Shown here in pieces: positions 24,681 through 37,472 of a stretch of 64,000 nt of DNA. The notes below the pieces were generated by a model. The model made no database searches, was not told the DNA's origin, and worked only from the letters and a program-made list of their open reading frames with translations. This DNA is from Lama glama (Eukaryota), in NCBI GenBank assembly GCA_028534125.1, contig CM052817.1, positions 12,526,001 through 12,590,000 of the forward strand. Reading direction: 5' to 3'. A program made the position numbers and the translations under genes. Every line of letters starts with the position of its first letter. Position 1 is the first letter of the stretch.

Positions 24681-25979
24681 TACATACTGTTAAAATAATA
24701 AAAATAATATAGCAATAAATTCTGCTAAGGCCATGATTATGATAAAGCATTTTCTCTGAAGAGTTCATGACTATAATTCTTTCACCTTTTTTAAAACAAA
24801 TAAGGGGAGTACTGCTGTTACTGTGACTGCTTTGATTTTGTTTTGGTGGAGAGAGTATTGAGGGTGAATTTTCTAGTAATTGAGCTCCAAACACTTTTTT
24901 TTTTTCTTTCACTCAAAACCTTTGTATATTTTCATGGTCTCTCTTGTGAGTAGATAGAAAACAATTTTAAGTAGAGATTGATTTATAGATTTGACAAAGT
25001 ATTTCAAGAGATAGAAAATGAATACATGTTTGTGTCATCATTATTTAAGAACTACGATATCAAAATTGTAGATAAACAGGAGCTTTGGATTGAAAATAAA
25101 TAGATACATAGTTGAGAGTTATTTTGTTATTAAAAATATACATGCGTATTGTGTATAAATATATTTATGTGTGCATATAGATGTGATCTCACAGAGATAC
25201 AATCTTCCATCTGAAACTTTGTTTCACCAAAAATTGGTTGCTATATGATCTCTATAACAAAATCGATTGTGGGATAAATTTCATACCTTCGGAGTTGTGA
25301 GTCCTTGGAAAAATTATGTAAGTTCCCTAATCCATGGTTTGTGTTTCACATGATTAAATGAGGGAATGCATTTCAACACCTAGAACAATGCCTGGTTTAT
25401 AGTTTGTATTCAATAAATTTTGTAGATGAAGGTATCTGACATAGCATCTGGTCCCCCATAGCTCACCCAACTTTATCTCCCATTAGCATTCTTCCTCCAT
25501 CCAACTTCCAGTTTTCTTGTACAACCAAGACTGTTCTTGAAAGAAATGTAAGACAGCTACATGGTTGGGTAAATATTGTACAAGTATCCAAAAGCTTCCC
25601 TTTTTCTACCTGTTAACATCTTTCATTTCAGGGTTATATCTTAGGTCAGGTTTTTGTGTTAGAAGAATAATTGGCTTATGTATAATAACGAATGATCCAA
25701 TGCTGTTCAGAGGAAACAGTTACAAAGTTCAGATCCAATAGAGTAGAATTCAAAAGCTGCTTTAATTAACCTTATCAGGATATTTAATCTGATATAAGCT
25801 TTTTATCCTTATTTTCAGAATAAGGTAATCTCAGTCAATACTCAGTGGGATTGTGTGCATTGAAGCCAGGTGCATGTGGCACCAAAGAAGAAACATTGGC
25901 CTTTCTTTGTTCTTTCATGCTGGTTACCTTCCTATTCTTACACACAATCTGCTTTGAAAAATGCTGTTCTTTTTTTTAG

Positions 25980-26040
25980 TGAATAGGTCTTCCTACAAAC
26001 AAGTGTCAAATAGAGTTTGGATTCACAAATATAAGAGGAC
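25980..26040 (+). pseudogene. Candidate exon (alternative donor after 26052)
   Basis: ctgttcttttttttAG acceptor; phase-1 frame VNRSSYKQVSNRVWIHKYKR; donors weak. Confidence 0.3.
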
Positions 26041-27399
26041 GTGATTTCTTGAGTAGTTGTACTTAATTTTTTAGATTTTAGTATTAGAATAACAGAAAAA
26101 TTCTTTATTACTTATAACTGCCAGTTACTACAGTGAATAAAATTGTACTTCCCCAAATTTACTGGTGTGTATTTTTGTTCTTTAACATCAGTTCGGTGCT
26201 TAATTATCATCCAGTGCTGTGATGTAAAAGTTATTTAATTTTAAATTGGTTTTTCATTCTTGGAGTAAAAGCTCAGCCAATGTGAACATATTTTTAAACT
26301 GTTACTTTTGTGATAATTGCTGTTTAAGTGATTTAAATTTAGTGAATGAGTTTGGCATTCTCTCAACTTACTTCTTAGTAAAAGAAGAGAAAACTTAAAT
26401 TTCTACTTTTTGTGTAGTGAACCCTAGTTTTTTAAAATAACCAAGTCCACATAGAACTTTTAAAACATACATTCTCTATCTCTAAGTCTATTCCTTAAGA
26501 GGGATAAGTCTGGTGAATTTCTGCCATTTGTTTCTGTGCATATAGAAGAGAGAGTTGGAAACCAAGAGAGAGATGTACAGTCGGAGACTCAAAGGAAGAG
26601 ACATGAAAGAGACGAGTGAGACTTCAGGTCTCCAAGAAAGAACATTTTGCATAGTAAAGGGGTTTTCCTCACTCCAATGAGTGAGACCTTGGGGTGACTA
26701 GAAGACGCAAAATGCTATTTACTGAACCCTTATTCACTCTCGTTCCCTTTGTGCTTTTCATGTGGTCATCACGTAACCATGCTGAATTTGGTTTCCCCAA
26801 GGCCATGAGTATAGAATAGAGTTCCTAAAACTAGGAATATTTAAAAAAAGAGAGAGAGAGACTCTCTAAGCACATATAAAGTCAGATACTAGAAGCTTCC
26901 AAAACTTTCCAGGGCTTAAATTTATAACATAAAGTAACTGACTCTACTGAGCATAACCTACTCTGTTCTAGTCAATCTTAGGAGCTGTTCATAAAAATAT
27001 TGTTGCATTTATTTTAAATGTTAACTTTTGTGCCTCAGCGTCTTGCATATCTTTCATGGCAGTGTCTATGTTTCGTGGCTTCTTATATGCAGTCTTTCTT
27101 CTCTTGTGTTTTCTGCCAGTATTCATCCCACATGGTTTTATTTTGATTTCATAATCTATTTTATCTCTCCTCTAATGTTTCATTCACTTTCTCTCCAGGG
27201 TACCTCTGAAATCTTACATATGGTCCAGCCTTTTTACACTTCCTAAAACATTTAAACCCTTGATTAAATAAATATCTGCTCAAAAGTGCATAAAATACTT
27301 TGATTAAGTACATAAACACTTAGAAACACATACAGTTCTTATAAACACTTTATGTACTATATTAAGTTTAAAATTGGTGACACATGTTTAATGTCACAT

Positions 27400-30060
27400 T
27401 TGAAGAAATTCAAAGCTTAACATAAAAAGATTAAGTAAATAAATGTCAGAAACACACTTTTTATAATGCAGAAGAACTTGTCACTTGTTAATAACAGTAT
27501 TTATAAATTATTGGGTAGGATTTGTGTGTGATTACTCATTGATTGACCATTATTTGGAAAAGCTTTGTAAAGTTCATCACTAATTCAACTTGAAAAATTT
27601 AGCAAACAGGAAATAAAAAGAAACGTCTTTACTTTGTTAAAGGCATTCACTGAGCCTTAAGAAATAGCATGCTTAAACACGGCATCTTGGAAGTAGTCCT
27701 ATTAAAATTATGCAGAAGGTAAGGATTCCCACCATCACTTTTACTGTTGAATATTGACCAGAACTCTCTAGACAATGCAAAACTTTGTATAACAACTGGA
27801 AAAGAAGAGGTAAAAATCATCATTTATTTTCAAGAAATAGGATTTAATTCATTACAAAATCCAGGAATATCTAGTAATAAGATGGCAATAAGCGTGCTGG
27901 GGACAAATAAGTGCACAAGTCAGAATGATCCTGTGCATCATTACTGGCCAACGAAAATGAAAATAAATTATTACTCATCATAGCAAGAACTACCATAAAG
28001 TACATATGAAAATCTTGTATAAAAATACTACAAATATATTTGAAATTTGATTAACCCAAATTAAAAAAAATAAGATTAAGCTAGATTAATGTTCCTGAAA
28101 TAACAAGACTCAACGCCATAAACATGTCATATGACACTATATTAATTTGCAAAATCAGTGCAGTTTAAATTGAAATCCCTCCAGGGTTTATTGTGGAACT
28201 TGACAAGTTGATCCGAAAGTCTGTATGGAACCATAAAGGACTGACAATACCTAGAATGCATTTGAAAAAGAACTAAGTTGGGCAACTGGCCCTCTCGTGT
28301 GTTCAAAATTATTTTAAAAGTATATTAATTAAAACTACATGACATAGAGGCAAGAAAAAGACAAATGGGTTACTAGAACAGAATAGAAAATTCATAAAGC
28401 CACACACCACACACACACAATTTATAGGGCAGACCTTGTATTACAACCAAATGAGGCACAGATATATTGCTCACTAAATGGTGGAAAGAACATTGATTTT
28501 CTTTATGCAAAGTAGATCCTTGTGTTATACCATGGACAAAAATGAATTCTACATATAATAAAAGCATAAATATTAAAATGAAACTATCAAACTTTTAGAA
28601 TAACATGTAGGGGAATAGCTTCATGGTAGTTAGAATGAATTATTTCACAGAAACTAAGAACAACTCATAAAAAGAAGACTGATAAATAAAATAAATAACT
28701 TCTACAAAAAGGCAATATACACAAATTTAAAAGACCATCCATGGGTTTTGAGCAGATATTTGCAATGGATATTAGACCAAGATTTAGTGTCCAGAAAACA
28801 TTATACCACCCTACATGTTACTATCTTTTTAAAGATAAACACCACCCCTATGCACACACACAAAAATGGGTCAATAGTATAAACAGATAATTCACAAAAT
28901 AATAGAACTGAATGAATGAAGAAAAAACTTGAAGGTACACAACCTCACTAATAATCACAGGAAAGTAAGCAGAAACAATGAAATACTGTCTCACCCATCA
29001 GATTTACAAAAATTAAAGAGTTTGATGATACCAAGGTAGGAGAGAATAAGGAGAAAAAAATCTCATCAACTTTAATAATTTACAGATGCTCAGGGCCTAT
29101 ATCCCAGTACTACTACTCCTCAGGGCACTTACTAAAAGAAAGCATCATACATCTCCGTGTTTTAGTTTTCTAAGGCTGCTGTAACAAATCACTATAAATT
29201 GGGTGCCTTAAAATGACAGAAATGTGTTTCTTCACAGTCATGAAGGCCAGGGATCTTAGCTCAGGGAGTTGGCAAGGCTGGTTCTTTGTGGAGACCTTGA
29301 GGGAGAATTTGTTCCATGTCTGTCTTCTAGCTTCTGATAGTGGTGAACAGTTCTGCACATCCCATGGGTTGTAGCTGAATCACTCCAATCTTTGTCTTGT
29401 CTTTCACATGACGTTCTCTCTTCTATGGGCCTGTGTGTCTGAATTTTCCTCCTCTTATCAGGACAAGGACATTGGATGAAGGCCCATTTTAATCCAGTAT
29501 GACTTTACCTTAATATCATTGCATCTGCCAAAGCTTTGTTCCCAAACAAAGTCAGGTCCTCGCTGAACACTTGGAGGACACTATTCAGCCCAGGACACTA
29601 CGCAAGGAGAAATGGGTAACAAGAAAGTTTACCACAGCCCTCTGCCATGGGGGATAATTTTAAACAACAAAATGTTCATTGGTATATCATGGTAAATAAT
29701 TGTATAGACATACAATGAAGGTTACACAGCTTTAAAGTGAATGACCTCGACCTAAGAAGATCAAAGCTGATAAATCTTAATTACACATCATTGAGTAAAA
29801 AAAGAAAGTTGTAAGATACCTGACAGTGTGACACCTAATACATAGATATGATAAATATACAAAATGGTATTTTTAATCTATACAAAATAAAATCTATAAA
29901 TATGGGAGTTATCAATTTTAGGATAGTGGTTATCTCTAAAGAGGGAAGGTGAAGAATGAAATCAGAATTAAATGAATGCTTCATATACATATGTAATATC
30001 TTATTATTTAAGAGTGGGGAGATTTGGAACAGATGTGGCAAAATGTGAACATCTGATATG
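27400..30060 (+). mobile_element. Decayed L1ME-like ORF2 and 3' UTR, interrupted by MLT1
   Basis: A-rich; 'ggaacttgacaagttgatccgaaagtctgtatggaa', 'tctcacccatcagattt', 'ctcagggcctatatcccag'. Confidence 0.7.
29158..29597 (-). mobile_element. MLT1C-like solo LTR
   Basis: TGT...ACA ends; 'aggctgctgtaacaaatcactataaattgggtgccttaaaa'; TSD CTCCG/CTACG. Confidence 0.88.
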
Positions 30061-30071
30061 GTGAGTTTAGA

Positions 30072-30297
30072 GGAGAATTTCTCAGCCTCTGTACTATTGG
30101 TATTTGAGGCAGTATTTTTTGTTGTGGGAGGTGTCCTGTGTGTGGTAGGATATTTAGATGTCTAGCAGCCTCTCTGGTCTCTGCCTACTAGATGCCAGTA
30201 GCAAACCTCCTCATACAGCTCCAGTTATGACAACCAAAATATCGCCAGACATTTTGCTTTGAGGGGAAAAAAAATCAACTTTGGTTGAAAAGCACTG
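30072..30297 (+). mobile_element. MER20 hAT-Charlie element
   Basis: 'tttctcagcctctgtactattgg...ctactagatgccagtagca...ggttgaaaagcactg'. Confidence 0.85.
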
Positions 30298-30899
30298 TTA
30301 CAGAGTATTTGTTATATCCTTCTATTTATGTTTTCTACTTGTTTGAAGTATGATATATTATAATATATATGTATATTTCTTGTGTACTAAGTTTTCATAG
30401 ACAATTATGGCAATTGTCAACATGTAATCATAAAATATGCCATATTATAAGCTAGAGAAATAAAAAGGGCGTAAGTAACTCGTACAATTTGTGATTAATT
30501 TTGTCTGGATTGTTTAGGAAAGACTACCCCAAAGGAAAATAGTTCCACTTCACCTTAAAAGAATGTACAAGATTTCACAAGTTTGAAAAGTGGGGATACC
30601 ATTTCAAGTAGAAGGAACAGCATGGAGGTAGAAACTATTAATAATTTTATGCAATGGTGAGTTCTTCTGTGAAATCAAAATATAGGGCACAACTGTCAAA
30701 TTTTTAGTGCCTCCAGTGGTGGTAGCATGTATGTGTGGAGCAAATAGGTATAAGGAAATTGAGAGTAATGTGGCCCAGGAAAAACTGGGGAGGGGGTCTA
30801 AAGATTCAGTCCAAGCCTGAGGAAGGAACAGACTAGATATGTCTGGCAAATAGTGGCTGATGACATTGAAAGATAAAATTAATATTTCTGTAGAATGTT

Positions 30900-31453
30900 G
30901 ACATATTAAAAATTAACTTGAGATAAACAGCTTCATGGATTGGAAGCCTTAAAGTGGTTAACACTGCAATTCTCCACATATTGATTTTTAGATTAAATGC
31001 AGTCCCAAATACAATACCAGCAGAATTTCATAAAAACACAAACTGTCTAGACTGTCTAAAACAATTTTATAAAAGAACAACATGGGAGAACTTATACTAC
31101 ACGTCTTTGAGAGTTGCTTCAAAGCTATATAATCAAGAAACGTGGTAGTGGCATAAAGATCAGCAAACAGATCAATAGAACAGAGTCTGGAGACCAGCAG
31201 CAGACTGGCAGTCACTCGGTCTTCTGATTTCTACAAAGATGCCAATGCAATCAGATTGTATTTGTCTTTTCAACAAATCATACTGCAATAAAGAGATTAT
31301 CACTTGACATTTATATCACACTACATACAAATATAATTCAAGATGCATCATAGATCTAAACATAAAAGTTATAACCTTAAAGCTTCTGCAGGGAAACATC
31401 AGAGAATTTCTTTGTAAATTGAGGCTGTGCAAAATTTTCTTAGACCAGAGACA

Positions 31454-31495
<42 letters not shown>

Positions 31496-31950
31496 TGTAG
31501 TGAAAGAATAAATTGAATTGACAAATTAAGACTTCATCAAAAAATTAAAAGAAAGTTTAATTTTTTTCTCAATTAAGTATACCACTAAGAAAAATAATAA
31601 GAATGCCACAGATTCAGAGAAAATATTTGCAGCATATGATAGCTGACCAGGGGCTGGTATCCAGGATACATATATAAATTCTATAACTCATTAATAAAAA
31701 GACAAAGAAACCAATTTTAAAATGAGAAAAAAAATTAAACACTTCACCAAGAAATCTATAGGAATAGCCAATAGACACTTGAAAATATGTTTACAATTTC
31801 TGTAATCTGGAAAACGGCAATAAAAAAAGAATGAGAGACCAGTAGACAGCCATCAGCAATGACAACAGTAGTTGGGAGTAAGTGAATCAATCGGAATTCT
31901 CACATTAGAAGTGTGAAATGGTAAACCCCCTTCAGAAATAGGTTTTATAA
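30900..31950 (+). mobile_element. Old L1M ORF2 C-terminal fragment with an (AAT)n repeat at ~31454-31495
   Basis: ORF 30954-31148 (FRLNAVPNTIPAEF) is L1 ORF2-like; 'cagatcaatagaacagagt'. Confidence 0.75.
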
Positions 31951-31972
31951 TTTAAACTTTTTATTTGTCTAG

Positions 31973-32069
31973 AAATGAGTTCTCCATTAGAGAAAGATCT
32001 AAAAAGAGGCCCCTTGTTTCTGCATCGCCATGAATGTTTTATGAATGGCATTCAAAACTTCCCACAAGA
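31973..32069 (+). pseudogene. Candidate 97-nt exon
   Basis: ctttttatttgtctAG acceptor, AGA|GTAGGT donor; phase-1 frame open (MSSPLEKDLKRGPLFLHRHECFMNGIQNFPQ); phase-2 frame has TGA at 32031. Confidence 0.35.
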
Positions 32070-32339
32070 GTAGGTGTTGCACTTAACACGCTAATTTAAT
32101 ACCCAGGACCAAGCTGATTATAAAATCGTGTACAAGCTTTCGGTGCATATGAGTTTTCATATAGTCTGAAGGGTGTTCCAAGATATGCACAATTAGGATT
32201 AGAATTAAACATTGCTGGGTAAACAGTCATATCTATGTTATTATTTTTATTCATACACTGTCCAGAATTGTTGCTAGACACTATACATATGCTCTTTATT
32301 ATGTTTAGATAAAGCATGATAACTCTTCACTTAACAATA

Positions 32340-32465
32340 TCTGCCTTTCAATAGAGAAATTCCAACGAGGGCAAACATCTTGTCTTGTTCATAGGATTTT
32401 CTCAGTGTCTAGAATAATATGCAGCACATGATAAAAACCCAATGAATATCTGTTGAATGAAGGGA
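32340..32465 (+). mobile_element. L2 3' end
   Basis: 'ctcagtgtctagaataatatgcagcacatg...caatgaatatctgttgaatgaa'. Confidence 0.75.
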
Positions 32466-33073
32466 TGTGACTGTCAGAGTATAATATTTACAAGACTGTG
32501 AATGTTTATGAGCATACTATTTGTATGTCTTCATAAAATTTGACATTTTAAGAGGCTATGTGACATGCTGAATATCTACAGTTTATGTATATTATTTTGC
32601 TGGAAATTAAATATTCTTTTTTTAATTTGGGTAGATTTCTTTTGGTGCTTTAGAATTTTACTTCAAGTATTCTGCAAAGCATAAGTTTATGTTTATATTT
32701 TTAATAAAACATGCTTATAATTTGGGAACACAAAGTCTTATATATAAATGCTTGGTGAATTTTATGTGTGCACATTTCCTATTCAAATGATTTTCATAGC
32801 TTATGGGGCCTTCGGTTAGAGGCAATCACTCTTAAAGTTTCATGGTTATGGAATAAGACCCTGGGAGAGAAATGCATTGTTCCCCCACCAATTAATTTAT
32901 TTCATTGTAGATCAGACTTTTTAATATGTTAAGAACTGCATTTTTGTCATTGTTGTTTTTCTTTATATCTGGTATTGTCCATAGTATTATTAGAACTCAG
33001 ATTCCTATGTTACATATTTTTTATTTAGGTCTTTTTTTCACACGTTAGGTTTTCCTTTGACAACTTCTACTAG

Positions 33074-33198
33074 TGCAGGTATCGCACAGCGATTGCAGAA
33101 TTTTTCCAGGATCAGGTATCCACCTATCAGGAAGGCCGCCGTTTGCTTTGTCACTCTTTGATGACTATGCACTCACAGGGATTGAATCTCACTTTTAA
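33074..33198 (+). pseudogene. Candidate terminal exon
   Basis: Pyrimidine tract with tandem acceptors TAG(33073)/CAG(33078); CpG-retaining; all three frames open for about 28 codons or more. Confidence 0.3.
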
Positions 33199-33479
33199 AA
33201 GTCAAATTCTGATTCTGCAAATGTGTTTTCCTCTCCCTTTGCCTGATCAGTGAAGGATTTTGGTAGAAAGCCAAGAAAGGAAATGACTGCTTTCACATTT
33301 TCAGATTTAGGAAATATATATCTGGCTTGAGAGGTACCCAAAATGAATCTACAAATAGCTCTTAGAAGAAAAGAAGAACTTAATCACTGGGTTTTCCATA
33401 AATATACTTCAAAAATGAAGTTTTAAAAATAGCATACTTCTGATAGTTTAAGTAAAACACATTTACTAGAAAAAAAAAA

Positions 33480-33979
33480 NNNNNNNNNNNNNNNNNNNNN
33501 NNNNNNNNNNNNNNNNNNNNNNNNNNNNNNNNNNNNNNNNNNNNNNNNNNNNNNNNNNNNNNNNNNNNNNNNNNNNNNNNNNNNNNNNNNNNNNNNNNNN
33601 NNNNNNNNNNNNNNNNNNNNNNNNNNNNNNNNNNNNNNNNNNNNNNNNNNNNNNNNNNNNNNNNNNNNNNNNNNNNNNNNNNNNNNNNNNNNNNNNNNNN
33701 NNNNNNNNNNNNNNNNNNNNNNNNNNNNNNNNNNNNNNNNNNNNNNNNNNNNNNNNNNNNNNNNNNNNNNNNNNNNNNNNNNNNNNNNNNNNNNNNNNNN
33801 NNNNNNNNNNNNNNNNNNNNNNNNNNNNNNNNNNNNNNNNNNNNNNNNNNNNNNNNNNNNNNNNNNNNNNNNNNNNNNNNNNNNNNNNNNNNNNNNNNNN
33901 NNNNNNNNNNNNNNNNNNNNNNNNNNNNNNNNNNNNNNNNNNNNNNNNNNNNNNNNNNNNNNNNNNNNNNNNNNNNNNN
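33480..33979. other. Assembly gap (500 N)
   Basis: Run of N. Confidence 1.
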
Positions 33980-34952
33980 CTGGTTCTGATCCAAGTTAGT
34001 TAAGTAAGTTTAATTCTCAGAGCTTCTGTTTCTTCTTCGGTAATGGAGGGATTGGGCTGAATAATTACTGATTATCCACCAAGCCCTCATGTTCTTTTAT
34101 GGCTATGGATGTTTCTTAAAGATTTGATGGGATACAATTCCTGAGTACATAGCAGGAGGCTGTTTTATTCGTGATTTTTTAGTTATCTGCTCAGTCTTAT
34201 CCTAGACGCCATGCTGTATTTTTAATTTTGAAGATCTTGGCAGAGATGGGTTTTCACCTTTATGTGAAATGAGGAATCCTGATTGAAGGTGAAAGATAGG
34301 AGACAAGCGAGTTATATTGTTCTCATCCATAATGGGTCACCAAACACAAGGATACCACCTCTTCAACAAGGGGTCCCCCACAAAGAAAGCAAGGTCAGAC
34401 CAAATACCTTCTTAGCTTTTGAACATTTATATGTTTGGCTTTATTTTCTCACTTTTGCTTTTCACTTTTTTTTTTCATTTTAAGTCATACTTTATAATGG
34501 CCAGCAAGAGGCACTGGGAACAATAGAGCAAGTCACACCACATAGTTCAATTGTATACTTTATCCAAAGCATGCCCTGAAGTGACCTTTATGAATCTCAC
34601 AACTGTAACAATAGATCTCCCATATATTTGAAAATCATGTGTGCAGGTGACTTGAATCTAACTCCTAAGTCCCCAGGGTCATTCTCTTTCAATGATATAT
34701 TTGATTTATTGGAACAGTGACCTTTCTAAACCTCTTATATCATCTGGTCCTTATGAAAATTTCTACTTATTTCATGACTGCAGATTTTTCACACATTTAA
34801 TAACCATTGGATTTTCAATACTGTTTATGCCAATAAGAAATCAGGATGGCCCTGTCTCTCTGCACGCCTGCTGGGAAGTTTTGTAAAAATTGTCAGGAAT
34901 TATACTAAGTAACATAAATCTGTCTAGAAAGAAGAGGCCTATGAGAAAGAGG

Positions 34953-35148
34953 TTCTCATTACCTCCAGGACATGGACCTTGGTCATCTCTGGGAAGATGC
35001 TTCTGACAAAACTGAACAACTCAAATGGGGTCTTTTGATATTTTGTCTCCTCAAAGTATACTAATTATTCCTTCTCTGTAACTTAAGAAAATAGTATTTA
35101 ACTTAATAATATTCTGAATAATACCTGACTGCTTAGGGTATCCTAACC
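34953..35148 (-). repeat. Copy A of a diverged ~200-bp direct repeat with an exon-like segment (34963-35081)
   Basis: Aligns nearly gap-free with 37473-37669; - strand AAG| acceptor and GAG|GTAAT donor present in both copies. Confidence 0.85.
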
Positions 35149-35620
35149 CTTACCTAATTTTACTCCTGTGGCTGGACTGCTACTAGAACCGAGTTTTGTA
35201 CACCTGACCTGAGGGATATATATGCAGACATCCTTATTCAGATAAATGGTTAGATATATTGTATCTCATAGAGGGACCAGCTAATCAAAACTAGATTGAC
35301 TCATCCTAATCAAAACAGAGGCTTAAGAAGGCACTTTGAAGTCCAAAGAGTATTCATTACAAACTCTTCTTTTCATCAAATTCAATGCCATTATACCATT
35401 ACTCTTCTGTTTTCCTTGCTTAATAAAACAATCACCTTGGTTAACTCTAATTAGTGCTTGTCCTGTCCTAACCCATGCAGATGAACAAAGCTAAACAAAA
35501 CACAGGAACATAATAACTGGTCTCATTTTACACTCACGATCCATAGACTTGCCCTATTGCTGTTCAGCAATCAAGATAAAATAAAGCATCTTGATTACTG
35601 AATTAAAGTATCTATTTTCT

Positions 35621-36033
35621 ATTTTCTTTTTTTTGATTAAAGTATAGTTAGTTACAATATATCGATTTCTGTCATATAGCATAATGTTTCAGTCATACAT
35701 ATACACATATGTTTGTTTTCATATTCTTTTTCATTATATATTACTACAAGGTATTCAATACAGTTTCCTATCCTGTACAGAAGAAATTTGGGTTTTTTAT
35801 CTATATTATATATAGTAATTAATATTTGCAAATCTCAAACTCCCAATTTAATCCCTTCCCATCACTTTTCTCCCCAGTAACCATAAGTTTGTTTAAGAAA
35901 AATTCCATACGATATTACTCATATGTGGAATCTAAAATTTTTTTTACATTTTAAAAATTAAAAAAAAGAAAAAGAAGACACTAATGAACTTATTTACAAA
36001 ACAGAAACTGACTCACAGACATAGTAAACTAAG
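35621..36033 (-). mobile_element. Young L1 3' end with 5' inversion
   Basis: Antisense tail 35621-35893 joined to the sense upstream segment 35894-36030; TCTATTTTCT on both flanks. Confidence 0.85.
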
Positions 36034-36324
36034 GTCTATTTTCTGTTCAGATCTTTCACATTCCATTTTCAACCTTCTCCTCAGAACTCCAGTACCTCGT
36101 CCTCCATCATCACTCACAAATGATGAACTTGTTATTATACACCTGATAAAATTATAGGAATCAAAAGAAAACATCTATAAACCCCCAGCACCACATATAC
36201 CCACTAATCTGCATCTATACCCAGATACTTTTCTTTACAGCCTGTGATCACGAATTAATTACACTCACTTTGACTCAAGACTAACTCCTTCTCACAAACA
36301 CAAATACATGTAATTCACCCCTCT

Positions 36325-36362
36325 CTAACCCCAACACTAACCCTAACCCTAACCCTAACCCT
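36325..36362. repeat. Short interstitial telomere-like (CCCTAA)n array
   Basis: ctaaccccaacactaaccctaaccctaaccctaaccct. Confidence 0.85.
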
Positions 36363-37472
36363 CTTTCCCACATGATGAATTTTCCCTGTGAGGTTATTTG
36401 TATCCAAATGCACTGTCTTTCTCCCATTTTAAGAAATCTCCTTCCTGTTTGACTCACCATTCCAGCTATTGCCTCATTTCTCTTCTTTTTGCAGTACAAA
36501 TTCATAAAACACTTAGTTATACGGTTTCCAACTTGCCTTTCCCAATCTCTCTTGAAACCACTCCAAACAGGCTTTTGCTCCCACCATTTCTTCAAAATTA
36601 TTGTTCACAAGGTCACCTACTAAAGCTGGTAATCAGTTTTTAGTATTCATCTTACTTGATCAATCAGAAGCATTTGGTGCCACAGAACTGTGTTTTCTTA
36701 TTGGCTCCCCAGGACCTCATATTCTCATTTTTTTTCCCCTTTCTCTTTGCTGTTGATAATTTCTTAGGGCTTGGTGTTTGAATATACCTGCCTTAAATTC
36801 TGCATACACTCCATGGTGAAATCTTCTTGTTTCATGGCTTTAGTATCATCTATCTGTCTCTTTATTTTATCTACCTGTGTATCTACCTACCGACCAATCT
36901 ACCTACCTATCATCTGTATAAATGTATATCCCAGAATTCTCTGAAATTCCAGAATCCTACTTCCAACTACTTACTAAAATTTCTTTATGGGAATACCTAA
37001 TAGGCAGTTGAACATTATGTGTACATTTGAGTTCCTACTTTTTTCTTCTCAAACTTGCTCTGATTCAGTTCTTCCCCATCTCAGTTAATAGTTAAACCAT
37101 AGGCTAAATCTTGGGTCCATGCTTAACTGTCCTTTTTTAAATTTTGCATTTAATTTATCCACAAATCTTGCAACTCTGCATTTAAAATACATCCAGAACA
37201 TAACCACTTTTCAACAGTTATGTTGCCAAGACCCTTTCCTAAAATACAAACATTTCTCTCCTGGATTATTGCAATGATCTCTTTGCTTTCTTTTCCCTGT
37301 TTTTAGAACAATCTCTCTCAGACATCTAAATAGCTCACACCTTCACCCCTCACCTTCTTATTGAAGCCTTTCCTGACCAACCTATTTGCAGTCTCCTTTA
37401 GCAATCCCTACCCCATTGTCTGCCTAATTTTTCTCCTGGTACCAATAACATAACTTTAAGGTACACAATAGA

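Larger units (their letters stand above)
35360..37440 (+). mobile_element. L2 LINE (long decayed ORF2/3' segment), interrupted by L1
   Basis: 'ccttggttaactctaa...ctggtctcattttacactcacgat', 'cttgaaaccactccaaacaggcttttgctcccacc', 'cttccccatctcagttaa'. Confidence 0.75.

Noticed and set aside
24517..24912. 131-aa Lys/Ile-rich ORF
   Set aside because: Low-complexity A-rich strand overlapping decayed L1.
33380..33994. 204-aa ORF
   Set aside because: Spans the 500-N gap.
35138..35148. GTATCCT as a U12 donor on the + strand (GTATCTT in copy B)
   Set aside because: Imperfect consensus, no open upstream + strand exon, and no matching branch site identified.
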